Numbered from the stretch's first letter, positions 14,105 to 28,450 are shown. The stretch: DNA of 64,000 nt from Callorhinchus milii (GCF_018977255.1 NW_024704742.1:76262001-76326000), one strand, 5' to 3'. Translations and numbers: made by a program. The notes: generated by a model not told the origin, from the letters alone.

Positions 14105-14390
14105 CAATAATAATCTTTACATTTGCTATAGCGTTTTATCACGTTGTTGAGACGTCTCAAAGGGCTTCACAGAATATACTGTAAAGTGGATTGACTATAT
14201 TTTGGGGGTGAAACATGGCAGCCAATTGCACACAGCAGTGTCCCACAAACAGTCGTGGAATTTTTTTTGGGGCGAGGAAAAGCGATCCGCCAATCGATTA
14301 ACAACCTGGTTCCTAATTACTGCTGGGTAAACAGTGTGTGGGCTAAGGGAACTTGTGAGGAGCGTGTGCTAGCCATTATGTTACGGGACT
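14105..14390 (-). mobile_element. Family A SINE, degenerate
   Basis: Tail, Deu-like core and partial head. Confidence 0.8.
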
Positions 14391-17300
14391 CCACGGTTAT
14401 TAGTAATATTATTATTACTATTATTAGTTGTAGTAGTATTATCAGAAGTGATTAGTTCTTCCATTGGGGTGTTTGGAGAATCAGAGGATAGGTTATGGAA
14501 CACTAAAGTTTAGATGTGAGTTAAAAAATGCCATTAATCTGGAGTTGGTTGATGTGTCTGCTTCACAAGGGAATGGACACCGTATAACAACAACAAGGAA
14601 GTAACCTGAAAAAATATAGAGTAACTTCCTTCCCCTCCCCTATCAAAACACTCTTATTGCATATTTTTCAGTTAAAGAGGACTATTAGTATTCTTGAGTG
14701 CACCATTGACCCCAGCAGAATGACATGCTATGCAATTTTGAACGCTGTCTTCTCTGTAGTCCCTCTTTCTTGACTGATTCCACTTAAAGGCTTCAGTTCT
14801 TTTCCAGTAAGTGATATTCTGTTTGTAAGATTTCTTGACTAACTCACCATTATTTTGAAGTTGCACATTGTTGGCTGCTCTGTGTTGTTTGTGGGAAATT
14901 CCATAATGAACAGTTATCAAAAAGATCACTGTCGTTGTTTAGATCAGTGCGAAATTAAACCCTCCAAATCTCACTTTTGTAAAATTATCTCAGCTTACTG
15001 CCAACTCACAGGGGTTGAAAAAACCTTGTTGAAAAAACAACCAGAGCTAATGACATCTTTACACTGAATAAACTGCCTCAGAATGTAAAGTGTCTCTCCT
15101 GTAGGAAACTTCACGTATGTCGTGTTGACCCACAAAAACTCAGTCCTGGTCTGATATTGTCTCCAAGCCGATGCATCACATATTTGCATGATCTAACTAG
15201 GGTTCCCTACTAGAGGTACACTTTACATTGTGATGCCATCTGGTTAGCGTTAACACAGTAATTTTCCCAACGAGCATTGTTTCAAAATTCGTGGACTTGT
15301 GAAGCCATACAATTGCAGGAAACATTGGTATTTAATGCAGGAAGTTCAATTTTGAATCATTACACATATCTACCAATAGCACCAAAGCCTTCAATGCAAA
15401 TACTTTTTATTTAATAATGCTTTAACCATCCAATAAATATATGTGCACTGGATTAAAAGATACAATGCCAGTAGTTTGGGATAAGATACCAGATGTGTTG
15501 GCAAATAGCTTGCTGTAGGGTGTAGGCCATCAATTTGAGAGAAACAAAACTGTCACAGCTGTTAGTCACAGGTGAAAGCAATTTTTCACATTATATCAAG
15601 GATGCAGTGAGATGCAAGTCTGCTTCAGATGGTAGCATTCTAGCCTCTGAGTGAGAAGACCACTTTGAACTCTGTTTTGACTGACGCTCTAATACAGTGC
15701 AGGGGGAGTGCTGCATTATTTGAGTTGTCCTTCAGATGAGATGTTCACCCAGGTTCCATCTACCAGTTCAAGTGGGCAATTAAGATCATTTGAAAAGAAA
15801 AGAGAGTTTCTCCCAGTGTCTTGTCCAACAATCCTCCAAATAAAATTGGTCATTCACTTCATTGTGGGACATTGCTGTGCACAAATTGACTATCATGTTT
15901 GCCTACAAAATACACAGACACTTTACAATAAATCATTTAAGATGTCTTCCTCGCATGCAAGATGCAGTATCAAATGCAGGAATTATTATACATGGTCAGT
16001 ATCACTACTTCACTGAAAGAAAGAAAAGCAGAGTTCCACTTTGAACCAAGGTTTTGGTGAGATCAGGTTTTGGTCAGATAAGATAGCTTCACAACAGTTT
16101 CAAATGAGGAAGATTAAGAGATCTTGGCTCATTTGCATGGGAAGAAAGCCCGCTTCTGTGTGCAAGGGACTCAAACATTTATATGCTGTTTGTTTAAAAT
16201 GGACAAACTACTCCTTTCAGGCGGTGGGAGATCCATTACATACCTGATAGCAGGTCTGCAACCTATGCCAATGACAAATCTTCCCAACTTAACAGACAAA
16301 TTAACATCTCCTGTGGCATGGAAAGAGTCAAGGGAGAACTGAGGCAATAGCAACATTATTGTTGTGAAAGTAATGGTATTAATCATAACCTCCATAGGAA
16401 TTTCCCTTTGGCTTTCATGTGTAATCTAAGTTAATGTAATCCACAAAAGTGTTTCTTTGGAATAATGACTGTGCTGTTCAAGTTCCTCCTCCAACCTTTG
16501 TGGGTTAATGGTTTATTTGAGTAGAGCAGGTATTACAATGAAACCTGAGGGAAACTAGATTTATTATAAGAAGGAACTGATCTGGTTCAACTTTGATTCA
16601 TTTGATGTCCTTGGGCTGTCATCCCGACGTGAAATGCGCTACATAAATACAATTTGTTGTTGTTGTTGTTGTCCCCCCTCACTTTCCGTGTCTCAGGTGA
16701 CTAATTTGGTGAAGTAACTGATATATGAGCATGATTCTCAGTGCAGCCACAACTATTTATTTTATTCATATTTATTAATATTTGATTAATATTTTACTAT
16801 ATTTTGCCCACAAAATACACAGTCACTTTACTTTACAATATATTCTGTGAAGCGCTTTGAGATGATTCATTCTTCCTATTCAGCTCCAGTTAACCCTGCA
16901 AGCCAAAGCCAGAATGATGGGGTGGTCCTAGCTAGGCAAAGCAGAGGGAAACTTAGCAGACAGCGATATTAATAGCAAGCTATGCGGTTTTAGCTGGTTA
17001 AACTTCAGCAGTACTCCAATGCACACTCTGAAATCCGCAAGCCTTAGCTCTTTCCAACCTGTGTCGAATATTCTTTAAAATTATGTAAGCAGGATGTGTG
17101 TCTCTGGAGAGAGAATGCAAATTCCATTCCAAACATGGAATTTCCATGTGTAGGTGAGATGCATAGAACTGTCAGTTTGGTTTGGATACTCTCAAGCATG
17201 GTGATGGGTTTAGCCACGTGTTCAGATACCCAGCAGATCTAAAAAAAATACACTGATGAGAGGGAAACAGTTGACTTAGAAGTGTGACACATGCATTGCG

Positions 17301-17545
17301 TTATAACAATCTTACCCCAGCCACTGAAATTTTACAAAGAGCGATGGTAAAAGAGAAAGAGAAATTGGATGACTGAAAGAGGCCAGGAACAGCGACTTGA
17401 GGAAATTTATTACATTTTCATGGTTTGCCTATAGTATAAAAGCAGCGGTGTGTTACAGTAAGAAAATTCAGATATGTATTACCAATCAAATGAAATGACT
17501 GTAAGCTACTTACAGATGTTTAATCACCATTTTTGTACTTTACAG

Positions 17546-17638
17546 GTGATGCAACAGTGACTATCGCACACAGGTTTACCCCTAAAGAGCAACTTGTTGC
17601 TCATACTCGACTAGCAGACATTGTAATAGTTGCTGCAG
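17546..17638 (+). CDS. MTHFD2L: MTHFD2L internal coding exon (equivalent to exon 6)
   Basis: tacag|GT...GCAG|gtaagc, 93 bp, phase 1-1. Encodes (G)DATVTIAHRFTPKEQLVAHTRLADIVIVAA. Too short for the ORF track. Confidence 0.95.
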
Positions 17639-19984
17639 GTAAGCCCCTCACAATAATTAGTATAGATAAATATATATATAAAATACACACACTCAGTGCT
17701 GGTGTATTATGAATTGTTGCTATTTGGCCCAATTCACTAATGCAAAATGCTGCTTGTATGCTTGTTGTTGAGGAAAACTAGATTTATTACAAGAAGGAAC
17801 TGACCTTGGGTTTCTTCCTTAGTCCCACTTTGATTGATCTGACGTCATTGGGATGTCCTCCCGACGTGAAAGGCGCTTCATTTTGTCTACTCTTTGTCCT
17901 TTACAGTTTCATACTTGACCAAATATCAATTGCTTTTGATGTTTAACTATTCACTTTTATGTACAACATATCTGGTCTGCTCAAGTTGCATTTGGATTGA
18001 GTTCCTTGCAGTAAGACACTAGTAAGATCCAATGAATTTTAGTTTTTATTGGGAATGAAAAAGCACTCCTCTTGAAATTGGTACTGTTACTGGCATCTGG
18101 TCACTGGAAAATATAGCTCATGATGTAAACTATTTCTTCTTCATTTATTTGTGAGTTCTCAGCTCTAAGGTGATCGCTTTGTGGATTTGATATGTCCACA
18201 CATGAGTCCAGGGCTTCTTCTAGGATGTTCAAAGAGGGTCTTGGAAGGAACATAAGAAGTATTCATACTTGGAAAACCAGGCGCCACTCTCGTCTGTGGA
18301 TTTTTGTGAAATTGTGTGTTTGTGAAATTATCATTTCAAAGTCAGACAATGCTGGATTAAAATCTGAATTTTAGCTCCTCAGTGCAAAGAGCCTTAGCCA
18401 CCATTTTCTGAACCATGTTTCTTGGATCACTAATGATTTTTAGGCCAAAGAAAGGTCCTGGGCAACCCCATATTAATAAAAGGGCTCAGAAGTTTAACAC
18501 CAGAGCACTTCAGTCAATTGCTGTTTTTGAAGCAAAAAACTTTGGAGAACACTTGAGGTCCCTCTAATTAACACATGTACTCATTTCTGGGAATACATTC
18601 CAAAAATTGTTGCAACACAAAGCTTGTCCAATTAGCAATAGGGGTAACTCATACTGCTTGAAGCATCAAATCGTCGCCTCCAGCGCTCTTTAAACACACT
18701 TGTAGCACGCAAACGATTTAGGAGGAAGTGTGCCGTGTTAGTTTTGTTTGCTGATGCTGCACTCTGATGCCAAAGTCACATTCCAAGGAGTGGAGTCGCT
18801 CCTTTTTCTTGTCAGGGCTGGTTTGTGGCAATAATCCGAAACATGGTTTCTCTGCTTTTATCAAATAAAATATTTAAACAACATTGCTCAATCATCCTTT
18901 TTATCAGTAACAAAATAATAGTGTTTCTTCCTCATTTACTTCCCAGTGACAATATAAGATTCACGTATATTTTTAAACTGTTGAATATCATGTAACCCAT
19001 TTGTCTTTTGACCCTCGTCTTAATAATAATTATCCTTGCATTTGATATTTGCGCCTTATCATGCCATTGCGACTCTCAAAGTGCTTCACTAGATATACTG
19101 TGATTGACTGTAGATGGGTACAATGAAGGAGCCAGTTGCACACAGCAATGTCCCCCAAAAGTTAAAGATACATTTGCTTACACTTGTTCAGATCTCAGAT
19201 GAAGGACCAAGAAAGGTAGTGCAACACACTGTCATAATTTAAGAGTAACAGAGAAATAATACAAACCGAGAAGGAGGTTGTTGGATGCCAAGCTTAAACT
19301 TTCAAAGATTGTAGGAGGAAGGAAAGACTGAGAGGGGTCAGGAGTTCAAGGCTTGTGTTTCTGGGAAAGAATGAGTTAGAGTAGCAAACCATTGTGATAT
19401 GTTTGATTTCAACAGAGGGACCCATTCAGTCCTTCCAGCCTGATTTGCAAGTTTATTAGATCATGACAGATCTTTTAATCTTTTTACTTGTAACTTTTAA
19501 TACACATAGTTTCCAAGTATATATTGATCCTGCTTTTCAAACATTTCAATTGTTTGTTTTACTATTTCCTGGGCTAGTCCATTCCACAATTTCACAACCC
19601 TCTTTGCGTAGAAATGCTTTCTGATTTCATTTCTGATGATTCTTATTCTTATCTTAAAATTTTGCTAAAATAATTTTAGAAAGGAATTAGAAACTTGAAA
19701 AAGAAGACTATTGGAGGGCATGGCGAGTGAGCAGGAGAATGAAAATTTGCTAGATGAGTCATGAAGACAGAAAAAGGGTGAAGACTTGTACCAAATGGCC
19801 TCTTTCTGAGCTGTAACTTTCTATGATTCTACAATCTGCATCTTTGTTTGCGGGACTATCTCTTGATGGCTTACTATGAATAGAGATGTGAGGTTTCTTA
19901 CCGCTGTATAATGACCTATTCTATGGGATGCTTTTGGTTATTAGGCATCGGCAAATGAAGAATATGTAGCAAATTCTGCTTTAT

Positions 19985-20910
19985 TAACAACAACAAAGTT
20001 ACATTTGTATAGCATCTTTCACATTGGGGGGAACGTCCCAAGCCACTGGACAGTTAGTGTTTCGGATTCCAGTTTGGGGGTCGGGATCGGGGAGAGTGGA
20101 GGGCAGGGGGCAAGGAGGGTGATCAAAGGCACAGTCGAAGAGGAGGTTTTTGAAACAGGCCTTGAAGGAGGCAAGGGAAGGGCAAGGCAGAGAGTCTGCG
20201 GGATGGAGTTCCAGAGGGTGGGGGTAGAGTGGCTGAAGGCCCATCCGCCAATGGTGGGGTGGGCGAGGTAGGGGAATGTGAAGCGGGCCGGAACCTGCTG
20301 AGCAGATAGAACGGGCAGGTTGGTAAGGGATAGGAGGTCGCAGAGGCAGGGGGGAGCGAGGCCATGGAGGGCTTTGAGGGTAAGGATCAGGATCTGGAAC
20401 CGTATCCTCTGTGTGATGGGAAGCTAGTGGAGTCGGACGAGGATGGGGGTGATAGGGTCACGGAGCCTGATGCGGGCTAGGTCACGGGGCTACAGAGTTC
20501 TGGATTATCTACAGCCTATGGAGGGAGGAGTTGGGGAGGCTGACAAGCAGGGAGTTTGTATAGTCAAGCCTGGATGTTATGAATGTGTGTATGAGGGTTT
20601 CGGTGGCCTTTGGTGTGAGACAGATGTGGAGCTGGGTAATATTGCGGATGTGGGGTAGAAAGGATAGTTAAGGGTCAAACAAGACCCCAAGGTTCTGGAC
20701 TGGCTCAGTGAGGTGGAGTGTGTATCCATGGATGGTGATGCTGTCAGCGCCTGAGGTGTGGAGGTGCTGACGGGAACCAATTAGGAGAGCCTCGGTCTTG
20801 TTGACGTTCAACTGTAGAAAGTTAGCTCTCATCCAGGACTTGATGTCTGACAGACATTCTGTCAGGACAGCAGTCGTCCTGGAGTCGAGAGTGGAGGCAG
20901 AGAGATAGCG
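19985..20910 (-). mobile_element. 5'-truncated L2 LINE
   Basis: DIKSWMRANFLQLNVNKTE and NLGVLFDP motifs; L2 tail with (AAC)n at the left end. Confidence 0.9.
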
Positions 20911-22574
20911 TTGCATTCATTGCATTGCATTCATCATTCTCTTTCGTGGGGGGAGGAGAAAGAGAGAGAAAGTATTTTTTTCTTGTTTATCTTTTCTATA
21001 TGACGCCATTCAGGTTAAAAAAATATTTCCTTTGGAACGATAACTGATCAGATCAACAGATTCGTTCCTCTTTGGCCCTCAACAAACATAAAACAGCCAA
21101 TTTAATTCTATTACATGTTCAAATTCCCTAAGTAATGTATTTGTTTTCACAAACATTGACGTATGTTGTGGAAAAACTATCATTGAAGGAAAGTGATTAG
21201 TAATTACATTAATATTAGCCGTCTGTTATTCCCCAGAGGGAGAAAGGCAGTGCCTGCCAGTAGCTTTAGGGTTGTTTGCTGTGTGAGGTAGGTTCTTCCT
21301 AACAACTGTATCTAACCATGCTTAAAGCAGTAAACTCAAAACATTTGATGCTATCCATGGGCTATTGAAAAGAGAGTACTGCAGCCACAAACCACAGTCA
21401 CACCACTTTACAGTATCTCTGTAAAATACTCAGATTTATTGACATAATATCTAGCTTATTTGTTCCTTTTTATAATTTCAACAGATTCAACTTAACATAT
21501 GTTTACTGGGGGTGAAATCATAATAGTCATAAATAGGAGGTTGCAACTAGCAGCTCATGCTTATAAAGATTTATACCATACCAACCTGGAATGTTCATTC
21601 GACACCCCCAGAATTGGATTTTGTCTGAGCAGAGCTCTCCCGAGTCTGCGTGATGCACATCTGGTTCCAGTTAAGAGTTTGCCCGGGTGTCTATGGCTGT
21701 TTGTTGCTTGGCTCAAATTGCTTCCTGTGTTTGCCCACAAAGTACACAATCACACTACTCTGTGAAGAACTTTGAGACATCTCAAAGCCATAATAACAAC
21801 AATAACAAAATTACATTTTAGGCACTATATCAAATGTAAGGATTATTATTATGAAGTCAATTTCGCAACAGATCCCAATCTTCTTCCATTACAAAAGGTT
21901 GTAGCACATTTATCTGAGCATAACACTTGTACGAGTGAGTTTATCATTCATTTCCACATGTGAAATATCACATGATACTTTAGTGTGAATAATACATCAA
22001 ATTACTTCCTAATTTGGAAGCTGTTTTTCTACTTTTTTCAGTTTCAGTCAATAACTGCCCAAATTTTCATTTTCTTCCCAAGAATGTAGGTGACTTCTGT
22101 TTAGATTCTACATCTAATATCACAGATTAGTTGTGGAGCATGATAAACCACTCCAGAATTATTTAATTGTATGATTTGAGGAAAATACATGCTGGGGTGA
22201 ATATAAAATTTGAGACGTGGAGTAGGGTTGGCAATTTCTAAAAATATCAAAGTATGAAAAAAGCCATGCACCTTCCCATGGATACGAGTTTTTTTATCTC
22301 CCACTTTGACAGCTTTCATCTTAAACTCGCACTACCCCTCATGAAATGTGCTTTATAAATGTAAGTTGCTGTTTTAGAAAACATTGAGGCTCACATTAAT
22401 GCTATCCATCCCTTTTGCAAATATTGCAAATTCCGTGCAGCTATATTGTTTTGTTTACAGCTAAGTCTTTTTTACATACATCAAAACCTCACCAATCTAC
22501 ATTCTTACAATCATCTTCAACCACTTTTCTCAGAAATACTTCTAGTTCACTTTAGAAACCATTCACAATTCATT

Positions 22575-22945
22575 GACAACGACAACAACTTGCATTTATG
22601 TAGCACCTCTCACACAGGGTAGCGTCCCAGAGAGCTTGACAGTGGCAGAGCATGACGCCGAGCCGGGGAGAGGGGGAGGTGACTGTAGGCACGGTTGAAG
22701 AGGAAGGTCTTCTGGCACAACCTGAAGATGGGGAAGGAAGGGGCAAGGCAGAGGGATAGAGGGAGAGCGTTCCAGAGTTTTGGGGCATAGTGGCTGAAAG
22801 CGCAGCCACCGATGGTGGAATGGAGGCCACGATGGAAATGCAAAGGGCGGAGCCAGTCGAGCGGAGGCAGCGGGTTGTTGGATGGGGGGTAAGCAGGTTG
22901 TTGAGGTAGGGAGGTGCCAGGGCATGAAAGAATTTGAAAACGTGT
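22575..22945 (-). mobile_element. 3' fragment of a second, older L2 family
   Basis: GGCAFSHYAPKLWNALPLSL. Its distinct tail (GGGTAGCGTCCCAGAG on the + strand) recurs at about 32583-32655, 40440-40520 and 62892-62946. Confidence 0.75.
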
Positions 22946-23806
22946 GTGACGATTCACTTCTCTCGTCACCTATCGCATTCGTCTTTATTCCTTTCAAAAA
23001 GTGTTTTACCTGACTTTCTTTCTCCTCTAGCTTACACACTTGTATTTCCAACCCCTGGTATTTGAGTTCTTAACCATCGTTCTACAGAATTGGCGAATTT
23101 TCTCCTTCTTTAAACTTACTCGCAGTTCGGCTGGAAAGATGATTGCAAATTCTTATGGGGACAAATTTAAATCCACCCATTGCTCATGTCAAAAAAAAAG
23201 GCAAAGGACTGCAGATAAACACAGAAGTGGCTGGGAACACAGTCTATAACCTGAAACGTTAACTCATTTTTCTCTCTCCATGGATGCTGTCTGACATTCT
23301 GCTTGTTCCCAGCGACTTCTGTGTTTATACAGAAGGCTAGTTGAGGAAGGGCAGGAGGACGCTCATGTGGAGCATAAACACTGGCATAGACCAGTTGAGC
23401 CAAATGGCCTGTTTCTGTGCTGTATATTCTAATGTTTCTAATGCATACCATTGTCATTTGCCTGAGAAGTCCTGAAAAATTATGTTATGCTTACTGTTAA
23501 TTTTCAGGCACTTCAAGTATTTCTTGTGTCTATCCTCCTACTTTGTCCCCCCCTTTCCTTTTGAAACAGTAGTTTTGCTATTGCACATTTTTTTCAGTTT
23601 GGATTTGAGCATGGTACCAACAGTCAGTAGAAGTAGAAATTTGTGTATCAGCAGCAATTTGTGTTCCATCAGAAATTTGTGTATCAGCACACTTCCCATT
23701 TCTTCCAATTAAACCAGGAAGTCAGGTTACTAGGAGACTAGGAACATCTCATGATCTTAGCCTGAAGATCATGAGATATATTATTATTATTCATTGTATT
23801 AATAAA

Positions 23807-24178
23807 ATAATAATAATCCTTTAATTTGATATAGTGCCTTATCACGTCTTCAAGACGTCTAAAAGTGCTTCACAGAATATACTGTAGAGTGAATTGACTG
23901 TATATTTTGTGGGCGAAACGCAGCAGCCAATTGCGCACAGCAGTGTCCCACAAACAATCGTGGATTGAAGTGACCAATTTATTATTATTATTTTTTTGAA
24001 AGAATTATTACCCCCGGAAAAGCGATTCACCAATTGACTAACAGCCGGGTTCCTACTTACTGCTAGGTAAACAGAGGCGTGTGGAGTAAGGAAATTTGCC
24101 CAATGTTTTGCCCTGCTGAGAATCGATCCTTGGTCTCTTGCTTGCAAGGCAAATGCTCTAACCACTGAGCTACAGGAC
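23807..24178 (-). mobile_element. Full-length family A SINE
   Basis: GTCCTGTAGCTCAGTGGTTAGAGCA...TTGCAA (tRNA-Ala-like anticodon loop), B-box-like GGATCGATTCT, Deu-like core and (ATT)n tail. Confidence 0.9.
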
Positions 24179-25145
24179 ACTTTACTCTTTACTCTTCTAC
24201 TGTTTTTTTCTCATATCTTTTGATAACATTTTTCCTTGAATATTAATCCAATTCAATTTAAAATGCTTTTATGGACTCAGCTTCACCAATTAGGCATGGT
24301 AAAGCAAAGCAATCCACATTTCAACAAACCAATACTGTATTTTACCAGCTCAAGCAGTATCTGACTTGGAATGAAGAGATTCAAGTGAGAAAATTGAGAA
24401 ACTCAACAGGAATCTGTCAGAATTCTCAAAGCAATAAATTAGTTTTTGCGTGCTGAAAGCTAAAAAACAAACAAGAAAGAGCTTGAAAACTGTCAAAAAG
24501 CATGCAGACATCCAGCTTGGCTCATGCTGCAAGGAGTTACTTTGACCAGTGTCTTTAATCAATAACTGTAACGTTGAAATTTGCATTTCATGAGGGAGGT
24601 AATAGCTTAAAAACATATTTTTAAACTTTCAGAGACAATTAAATTTGTATTTGCTTTAAAGATCTTATTGACCTTATTAGGATTGCCTGTAGAGGCAGAT
24701 TGATTCATTTTGTTAATGCCTTTTCAGCTGTCTTTTCAGTCATTTCCTTTTACAGTTTGGACATGTTCTAAATGCAAATCATTTTGAAAACACGTCATAC
24801 GTGATCTCCTGTTTCAGATGAAGTGAAGTGAGATATTCAGATGGATGGGTTTATTTAGTGAAAGGGATATGAACTAGCTTTGATTTTAGAATTGTAACTT
24901 TAACTGTTTAGATACTAAATGTCCATTCCACTTTTCAGAAGATGCATTTTTCCCCATATTTGCAGTTTCTCATGTTATCCTTCTCATAATCTACTTCTTT
25001 TACCATGCTTTTGGTCATCATTCTCCTCCCACCCTGAGCTTGGGTGGCAAGCCAGTATTGTTAATTGCCATAGGACGTTCCCCTGCCGTGAAATGTCCCT
25101 TTGTGTATATGGAAACAGTGTGGACATCAAGCCACAGGTAACAAC

Positions 25146-26630
25146 AATAATAATCCTTGCATTTGATACAGTGTCTTATCACATCATTGAGACATCTCAA
25201 AGTGCTTCACAGAATATATTGTAAAGTGGATTGATTGATTGATTATGTATTTTGCACAGCAGTGTCCCACAAACAGTCCGGGATTGAGTTAACACGTTTT
25301 TCTTTGAAGGAATTATTACCCTCGGAAAAGTGATCTGCCAAATGACTGACAACCGGGTTCCTACTTACTGCTAGGTAACAGAGGCGTTTGGAGTAAGGAA
25401 ACTTGCCTAAGGTTTTGCCCTGCCCGGGAATCAAACCCGTGTCCTCTCATTTGCGAAGCGAATGCTCTAACCAATATGCTGCAGGACTCCATTGTAAAAT
25501 ACAAACAGACTTCAGTGTTATACAGTTACTATCATACCCCACTGAGCCAGCTCTTCTCTCTTCTCTCTCTCTCTCTGTTTCTTTACCCACCTGCTACCCA
25601 GGTTCAAACTTGAATGGGCCACTTCGATAGCTTCAATTCTTCCCACTTCATCAGGACTTCACTTTCACATCAGCCCAATTTGGAGAAACGGACTATCAGA
25701 CGGTGCTCCACTGTGTAATCATACTGGAGCACAGACCCCTCCCCCACCCCGAGCCAGGCACATACAGATGTACACAGAGACTCTCACTACAACATAGGTT
25801 TAACCTCGGGAGTGAAAACCCACCACAATAACAGCAAGCCACCAACCAAATAGGGATGCAGGACCTGGGCTTGTGTGCAATGCCTGCCATCCCTCTTACA
25901 AACTCGTGCACTTGCAATCTCTCCCTGCTCCAACTATTAACCAACCTCCTATTCCCTGGTCCAGGCCAAGTTCTCTACCCTTCCCAGCCAAACAGCCAAT
26001 TGCTCACAACAGTGTCCCACAACACAGTCGTGGATTAAAATGACCAATTTATTATTTTTTTAAGGAATTATTACCCCCAGAAACATGATCCGCCAATCGA
26101 CTAACAACTGGATTCCTATTACTGCTAGGTAAACAGAGGCGTGTGGAGTAAGAAAACTTGCCCAACATTTCGACCTTCCGGAAATCGAACCCTGGTCTCT
26201 CGCTTGCGAGTCAAGTGCTCCAACCACTGAGCTACAGGACCTCATGATCAAGCCATTTAACAATAATAATCTTTGAATTTGATATAACGCCTTACCATGT
26301 CGTTGAGATGTCTCAAAGTGCTTCACAAAATATATTGTAAAATTAATCGACCGTATAATTTGTGGGCGAGACACGGCAGCCAATTGCACACTGCAGTGTC
26401 CCATAAACAGTCATGGTTTGAGTGACCAAATTATTATTATTTCAACTTTTTTTTAAGGGACTTTTACCCCAAGAAAGCCAATCGATTAACAACTGAATTC
26501 CTACTTATTGTTAGGCAAACAGGGGGATGTGGAGTAAGGAAACTTGCCTAAGGTTTTGCTCTGCCCGCGATTCAAACCCAGGTTCTCTTACTTTTTGTGG
26601 TGAGTTTTCTAACCAATACACTGCAGGTCT
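25146..26630 (-). mobile_element. Cluster of three family A SINEs (about 25146-25491, 25990-26240 and 26261-26630)
   Basis: The head, core and tail motifs recur three times in the same orientation. Confidence 0.85.
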
Positions 26631-26999
26631 CTGTCAAACAAGATGAAACAAAACAAGAACATGACAAGAATGTAGTTTGTTCAAGACTTCTGAACATAGT
26701 ACACAGATTTGCATGCAATAAGTTTCTCTATTGATATTTTTCTGCACCTTAGGGGCATTAATTGACTAAAAGAGTATGTCTTGGTTGCCTTCTCATGGGA
26801 AAATGCTTAATATCCTTTTTTTCTCTCCTCAGATCTTCATAGCTTTTAGTATCTCTCTAGTTTAGGATGTCCTCCCGACGTGAAAGGCGCTCTATAAATG
26901 TAATTTTGTTGTTGTGGTAGTTATTGCCTTTTAAAGTCTCATTTAGCTCCCCAATGACCTCATAAAGACATCACAACGCCACGTTCACCATGAATCACA

Positions 27000-28450
27000 G
27001 TATTGCACCACAATAAATACTAAGTTAGGCATGGTCAGCAATTGGTATCAGTGTCTAAATTATGGAGGAGAAATTAGAAAAGGTTGCTGCCTCTGGTTAC
27101 ATCCAGAAACCCTCCAGTTGCGTATGTGTGGATATTGTGAGAACGACATCAGGCACTCTTGTGATCATTCTATTGATCAAATAATTTGCCAACACTCACC
27201 GTCAAGGCTTACACATAAAAAATGGTCACTTGAATGATGTACAGGGAAATGCCTCAGGAACCGTATCCAAGTAGAAAGAAAAACTAGTCATGTTTAGATT
27301 GTATCCATTGTGGGCAGACTCACCCTTTTGAATCATGTTGACCAGATTACAGATCCAATCTTCCATGTGTTTAGGTTCTTTTTTTCCACTCCACATTGTG
27401 GACTGACATGACAAAACCAGAGTCTCAATCAACAGTTACTAAAGCAGGTGTTGTGTTTTTATGGTGTTCTGTGGTGTTAACACTGAAGATAAAGATATCA
27501 CCTGAATGCTTAACCACATAATTTTCTGTCATCTTCATAAATAATGAGTTAAGTGCCCAAAGCTGGGAATAACCTCAAAGTGGAAACAGGATCTCATCAA
27601 TGGCACTGTACCAGCGGTGTAGTCTACATTTCAAACTTCCCACATTGGAAGTGACATTTCCACTTGTATTTGCTCAGAACATGGCGGTAACCATATTTGT
27701 GTTTTAGATTGTTACATTTTTAAGCGGCCATTACTTCCTTGATCTTGTTGTTGTTGATCTAATGGTTGCAAGAGGCACATTTTATTCGTATTCAATTTTC
27801 AGACTTTCACATTGGGTTTGTGTATCTCTTACTAGATAATGTGTGCACTCTTAATGTCTTGACCAAACCACAGGCAATTACTATATAACTGACTGGAGCT
27901 ACAAGCTGTATGGAATAGATCTGCTGTCAGTGTGTCAGTTGGTTAGCAAACAATGACATCCCAAGGTGAAAAAGTATCTTTCAGCTTCCTTCCTATCCTT
28001 TCCAGTGTCTTGGAACTGGGGCCTGGTTCCGTGTTCTTTATCTTAATGCAATGCACCTTTGCACAGCATCTTGCATGAGTACAGATTGTAGTGATATATA
28101 TTCTGGGCAAGCTGTACATAAACACAAACTAACTTGTTCACTCGGACAGCATAAACATTGGTGCTATTTAGGAGTATCTCTCCTGGTTACGATTCATAAT
28201 AAGAATGTGTAACGTGTGTGCTTCATATCATGAGAGGGATCTATCACAGACTCAAGCTCGTCCTCACATGGTATCTGTGTCAAAAGGATAGCCAGACCTG
28301 ACACTTTGTCATGAAGAACCTCCACGCACTCCGCTCTTGAGAAGGACAAACTGCTGGTGAGAATCATTGAAATTATAGCATAGTAGGGTACCATTTGCTT
28401 GTCCACTGCAGCTAACTTCTCCAATCCCAATTCCTTGATTCTTTCCAATG
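27000..28450 (-). mobile_element. Highly degraded Gypsy-like pol (integrase region) remnant
   Basis: VDKQMVPYYAI...LHDKVSGLA and a shifted-frame HRYHVRT resemble the PYY...LAHxxHxGIVRTK region. Downstream, SAHNG...F and DGE weakly resemble SDNG.QF and NG..ER. Recognised by eye only. Confidence 0.4.

Noticed and set aside
24105..24178. tRNA-like sequences with A and B boxes (also near 788, 11830 and 26240)
   Set aside because: They are SINE heads continuing into the SINE body, with degenerate stems; not tRNA genes.
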